The position numbers were made by a program, and so were the translations under genes. A stretch of DNA of 64,000 nucleotides, from the NCBI GenBank assembly GCA_902806335.1, contig CADCWG010000156.1:8803-72802 (forward strand). The letters are read 5' to 3'. Below the pieces are notes generated by a model. That model saw only the letters and a program-made list of their open reading frames with translations. It searched no databases and was not told the DNA's origin. Shown one piece after another: positions 1 to 9,768 of the stretch (position 1 is the stretch's first letter; the number at the start of each line of letters is the position of its first letter). The DNA comes from an uncultured Thermomicrobiales bacterium. GTDB taxonomy: Bacteria > Chloroflexota > Chloroflexia > Thermomicrobiales > UBA6265.

Positions 1-471
1 GGCGGGACCGTCGATCGCGTCCTCGTCGGCGACGGCCCGCGCGAACCCGCGAAAGATCTGGGAGAGGATCACGCCCGAGTTGCCGCGGGCACCCATCAGG
101 GCACCGTAGGCGACCTTGGCGGCGACCTCGCCGGCCCGAGCGGCGGCCGGACCGCGCAGCGCCGCGGCCTCGTCCAGGGCCGCCCGCATCGTGAGTCCCA
201 TGTTCGTGCCCGTGTCGCCGTCGGGGACCGGGAAGACGTTGAGGGCGTTGATGCGGTCGCGGTTCGCGGTCAGGGCGTCGGTGGCGGCGGTCACCGCCGC
301 GAGAAGCGCGGGGCCGTCCCAGGGCGCGGTGGCCGCCGCCGTCCCGGGATCGTCCCGCGGGTCGGGCGGGCCCTCACGGTGGGCGGTGCCGCCGTTCGTG
401 GCGAGCGGGGCGACGGCGGGGCTGGGCTCGGTCGCCGTGAGCGCGTCCTTCGCGTGTCCGCGGCGGCTCAT
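1..471 (-). CDS. DAK2 domain protein (fatty acid kinase FakA/YloV-like), N-terminal part, runs off window start
   Basis: Not in the ORF track. Minus-strand translation from ATG 471 (overlaps the Asp23 stop) gives INALNVFPVPDGDTGTNMGLT...GARGNSGVILSQIFRG, the DAK2 signature. The Asp23-DAK2/rpmB layout is conserved. Confidence 0.93.
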   Translation of the reverse strand, partial: MSRRGHAKDALTATEPSPAVAPLATNGGTAHREGPPDPRDDPGTAAATAPWDGPALLAAVTAATDALTANRDRINALNVFPVPDGDTGTNMGLTMRAALDEAAALRGPAAARAGEVAAKVAYGALMGARGNSGVILSQIFRGFARAVADEDAIDGPA

Positions 472-920
472 GCCCGGTGCCTGCCGGGCGTGGGCGTGCT
501 CACGCGGAGGCCCTGGACGTTGACGTCGACCCGCTCGACGGGCATGCCCAGCGAGCGCTCGACCTGGAACTTAACGGTCTGCATCACGTTCTTGGCCACC
601 GTGAAGATCGGGGTGCCGTACTCCATGACGACCGACAGCTCCACGCGGACGCGCCCATCGTCGACGTTGACCGCGATCCCGCGGCCCGGGTCGGACCGCC
701 CCAGCCGCTTCCCGATCGCCGAACCGAACGAGCGCGGCGCCATGTCGACGATCCCGTAGCAGGAGAGCACGGCGGCGTGGACGATCTGGGCGATCGCCGT
801 CGTCGCCACCTCGACCCGCCCATCGGGGTCGCCCGTCGGCGCCTCCGTCGTCGCGGACCGCTCTGGTCTGGCAGCCGTCGGGGCGAGTTCGACCTCGGCC
901 CCCGCGCCCGCGCTTCCCAC
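468..920 (-). CDS. Asp23/Gls24 family envelope stress protein (YloU-like)
   Basis: AIAQIVHAAVLSCYGIVDM...VVMEYGTPIFTVAKNVMQTVKFQVE...VDVNVQG; directly upstream of the DAK2 gene. Confidence 0.92.
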   Translation of the reverse strand: MGSAGAGAEVELAPTAARPERSATTEAPTGDPDGRVEVATTAIAQIVHAAVLSCYGIVDMAPRSFGSAIGKRLGRSDPGRGIAVNVDDGRVRVELSVVMEYGTPIFTVAKNVMQTVKFQVERSLGMPVERVDVNVQGLRVSTPTPGRHRA

Positions 921-987
921 TGACCTTGCCTCCCCAGGCTCCCCCCCCGACTTGGCGGGGGAGCCTCAGCGAGCCGGCCGGGCATGT

Positions 988-1016
988 TTGCCCCGTCCGA
1001 ACGGCCGTGCTAGGAT
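988..1016 (+). promoter_or_regulatory. Putative sigma70-type promoter for rpmB
   Basis: TTGCCC(988-993)-17 bp-TAGGAT(1011-1016) with extended -10 TG. Confidence 0.45.
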
Positions 1017-1165
1017 AGGTGGTCGCTGTGGTGTCGTCCACCCGACGGCGCGGTGCGCTTGCCCAAGCGGCGGCGCGACGGCGAGGCCCGCGGAACCCCC
1101 CGGCCGATCCCGTCCCAGCACCCACTGAACGAAGCGACCTGTAACGACGGGAAGGGAGACCCGCG

Positions 1166-1360
1166 ATGGCCGGGAAGTGTGAGGTCTGCGGCAAGCACAA
1201 GACGTTCGGGCACAACGTCAGCTTCTCCAAGCGCCGCACCAACCGCGACTGGAAGCCGAACACCCACAAGAAGCACCTGGTGATCGGGGGCACGATGGTG
1301 CGCCTGAACATCTGCACCCGCTGCCAGCGCACCCTCAGCAAGCCGGCCCGGATGGCCTAG
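1166..1360 (+). CDS. rpmB: 50S ribosomal protein L28 (zinc-ribbon C+ form)
   Basis: MAGKCEVCGK..FGHNVSFSKRRTNRDWKPN...ICTRC. Confidence 0.97.
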   Translation: MAGKCEVCGKHKTFGHNVSFSKRRTNRDWKPNTHKKHLVIGGTMVRLNICTRCQRTLSKPARMA

Positions 1361-1588
1361 GGCCCAGCGCCCCGCCATCGGCCGAAACGAAGGTCGCCCC
1401 AACCCGCATCGAGCACCAAGGACAGGAGGCGCGCCCGTGAGGGCCGCCTCCCCCTTGTGCCCTGCCGTCTCCCTGTGCTGAACCGCGTGGGCCGCCGCTT
1501 GCCTACGCCGATGCCGCACCCGCCGACCGCCCTGCCGCCTGAGGGTGGCCAGTCACTTTGCCGTGTCTGAGCCGAAGGGGGAGCCGCC

Positions 1589-3445
1589 GTGGACGCCGCG
1601 CAGCAGTCGGCCGTCGCCGACCCTGGTGGCGACTAGGGGGACACCCGGCGCGAGTTTCGGGTCGCCGGCGCCCATGCCTACGACCAGCGGAGCGCACCGC
1701 GGTGGGTGGTCTCTCACCTCGCGCGCTACCCCCGTCACCTCACCGTTCTGGCCCTGGGGACTCTCGTCGCCAACGCCCGTAACGCGGGGCTCGCGCTCCT
1801 CACGGGCGTCGCCTTTGACGAGGTCCTGCGCGGCGAGCCCGACCGCGGGCGGCTGCTGACCATCGCGTTCGGACTGCTGGCGACGGTCCTGATCGCCAAC
1901 GGCGCCGACCTCGCCGGTCAGTTCTCGGCCGAGGTGCTCGGTAAGAGGCTCGAGCGCGACGCCCGCGAGGAGCTCTATGCCTCCCTGCTCGGCAAGAGCC
2001 AGACCTTCCACAACCGGCAGCGGGTCGGCGACATCATGGCCCGGGCGACGAACGACGTCCGTCAGATCAACTCGATGGTCGTGCCCGGCCTGGCGCTGAT
2101 CGCCGACTCGATCGTCACGGTCGCGGCGACCCTCGCCGCCGTCGCCCTGGTCGACGCGCGGCTCCTGCTCGCGCCCGGTCTCTTCGTCGCCGCCTTCCTG
2201 GTCGCGCTTCGGGCCTACTCCCGCGAGTTGGCGCCCGTCGCCGGGGCGATGCGCGAGCAGTTCGGCGCCACCAACGCCGGGCTGGCCGAGGTGGTCGGCG
2301 GGATCGAGGTGGTCAAGTCCGCGGCGCAGGAGACGCAAGAGGAGCGGAAGTTCGCCACCAACGCGCGGCGCTTCCGCGACCTTGCCGTGAAGAACGGCCG
2401 GATCCAGGCCCGCTACCTGCCCCTGCTGCTCCTCGCGGTCGCGGCGGCCGGCGCCTTCCTCCACGGCGCCTGGTTGCTGGAACGCGGTGGGATCAGCGTC
2501 GGTGACCTCACCGCCTACGTCGGGCTGATGGGGGCGCTGCGGGTGCCGGCCGGGCTCTCGATCTGGACCGTCAACCTGGTCCAGATGGGCCTCGCCGCGA
2601 GCCGGCGGATCCTCGCGCTGCTGGCAGAGGAGACCGAGCTCGACGAGACCGCCGCTGGCCACCGGGCGCCGATCCGCGGCGAGATCGCCTTCGAGCACGT
2701 CACGTTCGGCTACGGCGGCGAGCCGATCCTGCGCGACGTCTCCTTCCACGTCCCGGCCGGCGCGACGGTGGCGATCGTCGGGCAGACGGGGGCCGGCAAG
2801 AGCAGCCTAACCAAGCTCGTCAACCGGACCTACGACGTCAGTGCCGGGCGGGTGCTCGTCGACGGGGTCGACGTCCCGGAGTGGAGCCTCGACGCTCTCC
2901 GCTCCCAGGTCGCGACCATCGAGCAGGACGTCTTCCTCTTCTCGCGCTCGGTGGCGGCCAACATCGCCTTCGCGGGCGACGAGACGTCCCCCGGAGCGAT
3001 CGAGCGGGCGGCCAGGGACGCGCAGGCCGACGGGTTCATCCGCGGGTTTAAGGACGGCTACGCGACGGAGATCGGCGAGCGCGGCGTGACGCTCTCCGGC
3101 GGCCAGCGGCAGCGGCTGGCGATCGCCCGGGCGCTGCTCACGGACCCGCCGATCCTGATCCTCGACGACGCCACCAGCGCGGTCGACAGCGCCACCGAGG
3201 ACAAGATCCAACTGGCGATCCGGCGAATCCAGGAGGGTCGCACTACGCTCCTGATCACCCACCGCCTGTCCCAGATCCGCTGGGCCGACATGGTGCTCGT
3301 ACTCCACCAGGGCGCGCTGCTCGACCAGGGCACGCACGAGGAGTTGCTCGGCCGCTGCGACCTCTACCGTCGCATCTTCAGCCGCTACGAGCCGGCGCTG
3401 CCGGTCGCCGCCGCCGAGCGGCCGGAGCCGGTTGCCGCCGGCTGA
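1589..3445 (+). CDS. ABC exporter subunit 1 (TMD+NBD, heterodimeric ABCB type); in-frame TAG at 1634-1636 near the probable start
   Basis: Walker A GQTGAGKS, signature LSGGQRQR, degenerate Walker B ILILDDAT, H-loop ITHR. An RBS-preceded GTG at 1589 is in frame with the 1706 ORF but separated from it by one TAG. Confidence 0.85.
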
Positions 3446-3479
3446 CGCCGACGCGCGGGCGCCGGGCGAGGTGAGTGCC

Positions 3480-5360
3480 GTGGCCTTCTTCATGAACGGG
3501 CTCGACCCGGAAGGGTACGACCGGACCTACGACGATCGGGTCCTCGTCCGCCGGGTGCTGGCGTACTTCCGCCCCTTCCGGTGGGCGATGATCGGCGTCG
3601 CGGCGATGGTCGCGATCGCGGCCTCGCTCGAGGTCGCCCTGCCGCTCCTCGTCGCGCGGGGGATCGATCGGCTGGCCGACGACCGCTCGGGCGCTCGCGT
3701 CGGCTGGCTCGCGGCGGGGATCCTCGGCGCCGGGGTCCTCGCCTGGGCGTTCAGCTTCGTCCGCTAGTGGGTCTCCGCCCAGGTCGTCGCCGATGTCGTG
3801 CTCCGGCTCCGGCTCGACGCGTTCCGGGCGGTGATGGCCCGCGACATGAGTTTCTACGACGAGTACCCCTCGAGCAAGATCGTCAGTCGCGTCACCAGCG
3901 ACACCGAAGAGTTCGCGACCGTGGTCACGCTGACGCTCGACATCGCGAGCCAGGTGCTACTGCTGGTGCTCCTGGCGGCGCTCCTCCTGGCGACCGACGC
4001 CCAGCTCGGGCTGGTCGCGCTGCTGATCGCGCCGCTGGTGGTGGCGGCGGCGCTGGGGTTTCGGAAGGTGGCGCGGGAGGCCCTCCAGCGGTCACAGCGC
4101 TCCAACGCCCGCGTCAACAGCAGCGTCTAGGAGGCGATGAGCGGGATCTCGGTCGCCAAGAGCTTCCGCCGCGAGGCGGCGATCTACGACGAGTTCCGCG
4201 AGGTCAACGCCCGGGCCTACGCCGTCAACCTCCGGCTCGGGTTCCTCTTCAGCGCGATCTTCCCGATCCTGCTCACGATCGCCGGTCTGGGCACCACGCT
4301 GATGGTCTACCTCGGCGCGATGCGCGTACTCGACGGGGCGATCTCGGCGGGGCAGTGGTTCCTCTTCATCCAGGCGGTCGGGCTGTTCTGGTTCCCCCTG
4401 ACCAGCGTGGCGTCGTTCTGGAGCCTGTTCCAGCAGGGGCTCGCCGCCAGCGAGCGGGTCTTCGCCCTCGTCGACGCCGAGCCGCGGGTGGTCCAGACCT
4501 CCGCCGACGAGCCGGGCCGGATCCGGGGCCGGATCGAGTTTCGGGGCCTCGACTTCCGCTACACCGACCAGGAGACGGTCCTCTCGGGCTTCGACCTGAC
4601 CATCCCGGCGGGGCAGACGGTGGCCCTGGTCGGCCACACCGGCGCCGGCAAGTCGAGTCTCGGCAAGCTGATCGCTCGGTTCTACGAGTTCCAGGGTGGG
4701 CAGCTGCTGATCGACGGGCGCGACATCCGGTCGTTCGACCTCGCCGCGTACCGGCGGCAGCTTGGCGTCGTGCCCCAGGTGCCCTTCCTGTTCAACGGCA
4801 CGGACGCCGACAACATTCGCTACCCGCGCCCGGAGGCCACCGACGCGGAGGTCGAGGCGGTGGCGCGGCGCGTCGGCCGGGGAGACTGGGTCGAGGGTCG
4901 GCCCGACGGGCTCGCCACCGCCGTTGGGGAGCAGGGCCGGGGCCTCTCCCTGGGCCAGCTGCACTTGGTCGCGCTGGCGCGGCTGCTGCTCCAGGACCCG
5001 GCGATCGTCGTCCTCGACGAGGCGACGGCGAGCGTCGACCCCCTGACCGAGGCCCAAATCCAGGAGGGCCTGGACGCGGTGCTGCGCGACCGGACGGCGA
5101 TCGTGATCGCCCACCGCCTCTCGACGATCCGGCACACCGACCGGATGGTCGTCCTGGAGCGGGGGCGGGTGGTCGAGGAGGGAACCCACGAGGAGCTGGT
5201 CGCCCGGGGTGGCCACTACGCCCACCTCTACAACACCTACTTCCGCCACCAGTCGCCGGACTATCAGCCCGGCGAGGGGTTCGTCCAGGAGGCCGGTGTC
5301 AGGGCGCGCCGGCCCGTGGCGACCCACGGGACGGGGGTGCCGGTACCCGTCCTCCCGTAG
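3480..5360 (+). pseudogene. ABC exporter subunit 2 interrupted by two in-frame amber stops (3765-3767, 4128-4130)
   Basis: ORFs 3432-3767, 3798-4130 and 4137-5360 share one frame and read as a single TMD+NBD protein (GHTGAGKS, LSLGQ, VVLDEAT, IAHRLSTI). Confidence 0.85.
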
Positions 5361-5719
5361 TTCCGCCTCGCGCGGGCGACATCCGACACCCCTCAGCACC
5401 CCTCGGCGCCCCGATATCCCGTGCTCGACTGGCCTCGCCGCCTGAGCAACGTTCGCTGCCCATCTGCGGAGTCGTCACGCGTGATAGGCACAGGGAGCGG
5501 ATTTGTCGCGGACCGGACGCCGTTCCGCCGGTCGCCTGCCCCAGGACGGCGCCACGCGCCTCGGACGGCGCGCCGGTCCAAGCGGAGCGAGGCCATTGGT
5601 GCGATGCTGCCGGCTCCCGGGGAGCCGCGCCGCCGACTTGGGCGACCCGGCCGCCGCCGGCCGCAGAGCCATGCCGCGACCACGCGTCGCGGCCGTGACC
5701 ACGCAGGGAGAACACGACC

Positions 5720-6274
5720 GTGCCGTTCGACGTCAAGAGACGCGGCAAGCTGACCTACTACTCCCGGGGTGAGCGGCCCGTCCTCTCGGCCCTGGTAACG
5801 GAGGAGCAGGCCGACGGCGACCTGAAGATCCACTTCGCCGGGCTGACCGGTGGCTACTCCGCGAAGAGCGTGCTTGGCCTCGACGACCTGGTGACGATGG
5901 ACCCGGCGCGGGAGGTGCCGCTGGTCTTCCGCTGCTGGGAGCACTGGCTGCGGGAGGCGGGCATCTGCTCCTCGCTCCGCGATGTCGACTTCCTGGAAGT
6001 CCACGCCTTCGGCTGCCAGCCGAAGAGCCCCAACCCGGCCGTGGACCCCGCCGGCTACGCCGTCGAGCAGGCGCGGCTGCGGGCGGCGTACGCCGAGGCC
6101 TACGCCATCTTCTTCGCCGAGGAACTGCCCGACAACGGCGTGCCGTGCCGGTTCACGGTCCACGTCGTCGACGTGCCGGACACCGCCGCGTCGTACGAGT
6201 TCTACGGTGTGGCCTTGCTGCAGCGCGCCCTGCAACGCAGTGGGCAGGGCAGCCCGCAGGGCGGGGAGGGTTAG
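5720..6274 (+). CDS. Hypothetical protein, probable divergent RidA/YjgF/UK114-fold protein
   Basis: RBS GGGAGA. Pattern IHFAGLTG...VF..WL.EAG..SLRDV...Y..FF...PCRFTVHVVDVP...YEFYGVA resembles the Rid consensus. Confidence 0.6.
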   Translation: MPFDVKRRGKLTYYSRGERPVLSALVTEEQADGDLKIHFAGLTGGYSAKSVLGLDDLVTMDPAREVPLVFRCWEHWLREAGICSSLRDVDFLEVHAFGCQPKSPNPAVDPAGYAVEQARLRAAYAEAYAIFFAEELPDNGVPCRFTVHVVDVPDTAASYEFYGVALLQRALQRSGQGSPQGGEG

Positions 6275-6280
6275 GACGCC

Positions 6281-7507
6281 GTGGCCGCAACGAGCCAGAC
6301 GACCCCGCCCGACCTGCTCCTCCGGGGTGGGCACGTGATCGACCCCGGGAACGGGATCGACGGTACGGCCGACGTGTTGCTCGCCGAGGGGCGCGTCGCG
6401 GCGGTCGGGCCAGACCTGCCGGCCCGAGGCGTGGATCGGGTGCTCGACGTCGCCGGGCACTACGTGACGCCCGGGATCATCGACATGCACGCCCACGTGT
6501 TCCACACGCATCGCCGGTCGCGGCTCTCGCTCGACCCCCACGTGCAGACGTTCTCCGCCGGCGTGACCACCGTCGTCGACGCCGGGACGTCGGGGTGGCG
6601 CGACCTGGCCGACTTCAAGGCTGAGGTGATCGACAGGGCCAGGATCCGGGTTCTGGCCTACGTCAACATCGTCGGCTCGGGGATGCTCGGTCCCTGGGAG
6701 CACGACGTCCGCGAGATGCGGCCGAGGCTCGCCGCGGCCGCGGCCGAGGACTTCGGCGACGTCGTGGTCGGGATCAAGACCGCCCACTACTGGGACTTCC
6801 GAGCGGGGCTCCCGTTCGACGCGGAGCACCCGCCGTGGGCGGCGGTCGACGCGGCGCTCGAGGCCGGCGACCGCTGCGGGCTCCCGGTGATGGTCGATTT
6901 CTGGCCGATCCTGCCCGAGCGCCCCTACCCGGAGTTGATCCTCGAGAAGCTCCGTCCCGGAGACATCCACACCCACGTCTTTGCCCAGCAGTTCCCGGTG
7001 AACGATGCCGACGGCAAGGTCGAGGAGCACCTCTGGCGGGCGCGGGAGCGCGGGGTGATCTTCGACCTCGGCCACGGGGCGGCGAGCTTCTGGTTCCGGA
7101 ACGCGGCGCCGGCGATCGCGCAGGGGTTCGTGCCGGACTCGATCAGCACCGACCTCCACACCGGCAACGTGAACGGGCCGGTCTTCGACATGCTGACGAC
7201 GATGAACAAGGTCATCAACCTCGGCGTCCCGCTCGCCGACGTGGTTGCCCGCTCGACCGTTGCCCCGGCCCGGGAGATCAATCGCCCGGAGCTGGGCACA
7301 CTCAGCCCGGGGGCCGAGGCCGACGTGGCGGTCATGGCGCTCGACACGGGGACGTTCGGGTTCGTCGACTGCGGGGGTGTCCGCGTCGACGGCAGCGAGC
7401 GGCTGCGGTGCGTGCTGACGGTCCGGGCGGGCGAGATCGTCTACAACCCTGACGGACTGGGGTTGCCGCTTGCGGGCCGATCGGTGGCCGGTCGTCGCGG
7501 GGAGTAG
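6281..7507 (+). CDS. Amidohydrolase/deacetylase family metallohydrolase (dihydroorotase-like)
   Basis: PGIIDMHAH, GVTTVVDAG, GIK, DIHTH, DLGHG, ISTDLH motifs. Confidence 0.9.
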   Translation: MAATSQTTPPDLLLRGGHVIDPGNGIDGTADVLLAEGRVAAVGPDLPARGVDRVLDVAGHYVTPGIIDMHAHVFHTHRRSRLSLDPHVQTFSAGVTTVVDAGTSGWRDLADFKAEVIDRARIRVLAYVNIVGSGMLGPWEHDVREMRPRLAAAAAEDFGDVVVGIKTAHYWDFRAGLPFDAEHPPWAAVDAALEAGDRCGLPVMVDFWPILPERPYPELILEKLRPGDIHTHVFAQQFPVNDADGKVEEHLWRARERGVIFDLGHGAASFWFRNAAPAIAQGFVPDSISTDLHTGNVNGPVFDMLTTMNKVINLGVPLADVVARSTVAPAREINRPELGTLSPGAEADVAVMALDTGTFGFVDCGGVRVDGSERLRCVLTVRAGEIVYNPDGLGLPLAGRSVAGRRGE

Positions 7508-7557
7508 AGACCGCGGCTCGCGACGCGCGCGGAGCCGAGGTCTGGCGTCAGGGTGGC

Positions 7558-8213
7558 TTACCGGGGCGTGGCGAGCGGGGAACTCGGCGGCGGGAAGAAG
7601 CGGACGCCGGTGATCCGATCCTCGGCCAGGGCGCCGCGCGGCCGGCGACGCGTCAGCGCCGCACACCAGAGGTCGCCGCCGCAGCCGCCCAGGTGGGCGC
7701 CGAGCGGGACCACGAGCCATCCGCCCACCGGCAGGAGGGCGACGGCGAGGGCGCCCAGCGGTGACTGCACCGTGACAGGGGCGAGCGCCACGGCGACGAA
7801 CTGGGACCGGGTGAAGCGGAAGCCCTGCGACGTGCAGAAGAAGAAGGGGAGGAAACGGTGCAGCACCCCGACGCCGTAGGACGGCGTCGCGCCGAAGCCG
7901 CGCATCACCGCCCGTGGATCAGCTCGTGGGCCACCATCAGCCCCGCGGTGATGAGCAGCGTCACGCCGAGGGCGGCACCGAGCGCCGCCCCCTCCGCCGC
8001 GACGGACCCGCCGCCGTTCGTCTCGGTGTAGACCGCCGCGTAGGCGACGATCCCGGCGAACGAGAGCCCGAGCCCGAGCACGTTCCAGGCGAGGGTCGTC
8101 CAGGCACCGGGCAGCCATTCCTCAGCACCGGTGGCTTCGTGCTCGGGGAACGCGCCCGGGGGACCGACGACCGGAGCCGTCCCTTCGACGCTGCGCCGCG
8201 GTGCCGCACCCAA
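7558..8213 (-). pseudogene. DUF3267-like membrane zincin (HEXXH), frameshifted at about 7910
   Basis: One frame ends ...LMVAHELIHG; another continues AVMRGFGATPSYG...FTRSQFVAVALAP...GGDLW. The start (TTG 8213) is uncertain. Confidence 0.7.
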
Positions 8214-8235
8214 TCGCCCCTCCGTCCGCCGACGT

Positions 8236-9423
8236 TCATTCCGCAGCGAGCGCCGCGGCGATCTCGTGGCGTACGGTCGGGTCGGGGTCGGAGGCGTAGC
8301 AAGCGTCAAGGGACGTCCGGGCCGTCGCCCCGCCGAGCCGCCCGAGCGCCCAGGCGGCGTGGCCCCGGACCAGCGGCTCGTCGTGGCCGGCGAGGGCGGT
8401 GGCCAGGAACGGGACGTCGTCTTCACCCCCGATGTTGCCGAGGGCGACGGCGGCGTTGCGGGCCAGGCCGCGCCGCTTGGCACGCAGGACCGGGGTGCCG
8501 CGGTAAATCTCGCGGAACTCGGCCTCCGTCATCGCCAGCAGCCAGCGCAGCGACGGGTGGGCGTTAGCCACCGAGCGCGGCTGGAACGCCGGATCGGGCA
8601 CTCCCCTGGCCGCCCTGGTGTAGGGGCACACCTCCTGGCAGACGTCGCACCCAAACACCCAGGCGCCGAGCGCGGGTCGCAGCACGGGCGGGATCGCGCC
8701 GCGCTGCTCGATGGTCTGGAAGGAGAGGCAGCGCGGCGTCTCAATGGTGTACGGGGCGACGATCGCGCCGGTGGGGCAGTTGTCGAGGCAGATGGTGCAT
8801 CGGCCGCAGTCCTTCCGCAGCGGGGCGTCCGGCTCGAGGTCGAGGTCGAGGAGGAGCTCGCCGAGGACGACGCCGGGCCCGAAGCCGGGCACGATCAGGC
8901 AGGCGTGCTTGCCGTACCAGCCGAGGCCGGCCCTGGCCGCCACGGCCCGGTCGACGATCCGGGCGGTGTCGGCGAGGTGCCGCGCCTCGACGGGGCGACC
9001 GACCTCCCCCTCGATGGCACCGTGCAGCGCCTTGAGGCGGGTCTTGAGGAGCGCGTGGTAGTCAAGGCCGCGGGCGTAGCGGGCGATCACGCCCCGTGGT
9101 TCGCCATCGCGCGGGGGCGGCGTCTCGGCCCAGTACGCCAGGGCGACGGCGAGGATCGACCGGGCCGAGGGCTGGAGGTTTCGCGGGGCGGTCGAGAAGC
9201 GCGCCCGCTCGGGCGTGAACCAGTCGAGGCCGGCGACCCGGCCAGCGGCGATGTGCTTCTCGAGCAGCGGGGCAAGCTCCGGGAAGTCGGCCGCGCTCGT
9301 GACGGCGGACACCGACAGGCCGTGCTCGGCCGCGAGGCGCTTGACCCGGGCGGTCAGCGTGGCGCGGGACGAGGGCGTCGGCGAGAGGGTCAGCGGCGCG
9401 CCTGCGCCGAGGTCGGGTCTCAT
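8236..9423 (-). CDS. queG: tRNA epoxyqueuosine(34) reductase
   Basis: IARYARGLDYH, CGRCTICLDNCPTGA, VFGCDVCQEVCP, RNAAVALGN plus HEAT-like tail. Confidence 0.95.
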   Translation of the reverse strand: MRPDLGAGAPLTLSPTPSSRATLTARVKRLAAEHGLSVSAVTSAADFPELAPLLEKHIAAGRVAGLDWFTPERARFSTAPRNLQPSARSILAVALAYWAETPPPRDGEPRGVIARYARGLDYHALLKTRLKALHGAIEGEVGRPVEARHLADTARIVDRAVAARAGLGWYGKHACLIVPGFGPGVVLGELLLDLDLEPDAPLRKDCGRCTICLDNCPTGAIVAPYTIETPRCLSFQTIEQRGAIPPVLRPALGAWVFGCDVCQEVCPYTRAARGVPDPAFQPRSVANAHPSLRWLLAMTEAEFREIYRGTPVLRAKRRGLARNAAVALGNIGGEDDVPFLATALAGHDEPLVRGHAAWALGRLGGATARTSLDACYASDPDPTVRHEIAAALAAE

Positions 9424-9768
9424 AGGGGAAGTCTAGTTGCCGCGCGGTCGACGCCGGGCCTGGTCGGTCAACGGTCGTGCCGGGCGTGGTCCGGTCTGGG
9501 ACTCGAGTCGGGATGGAGTCGCGTCCTCGACGAAACCTCGATCGTCACCCGTTACGCCGAGACACGGGGCAGTCGCCGTCGCGTGCAGGGGAGCGTGTCC
9601 GAGGGAACCCGCTGGGGCCGCCCCGCTCGGGCGTGTTCTCAAGCGTTCCTCTGGGCCCTCCGAGGGCCGTGAACCGGCCTCCAGCTGGAACCATCTGCCC
9701 CCCGGGCGGCGCTCACGGGGCCGCGGGAGGCAGCCCAAAGCCAGCGATGCCCCGTTTGCAGACACGAC

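Noticed and set aside
1589-5360. Genome-wide TAG reassignment (alternative genetic code)
   Set aside because: TAG terminates many intact genes at the expected length (rpmB, rpmA, rpmE, rplU, ilvB, ilvC, leuC), and no other conserved gene has internal TAGs
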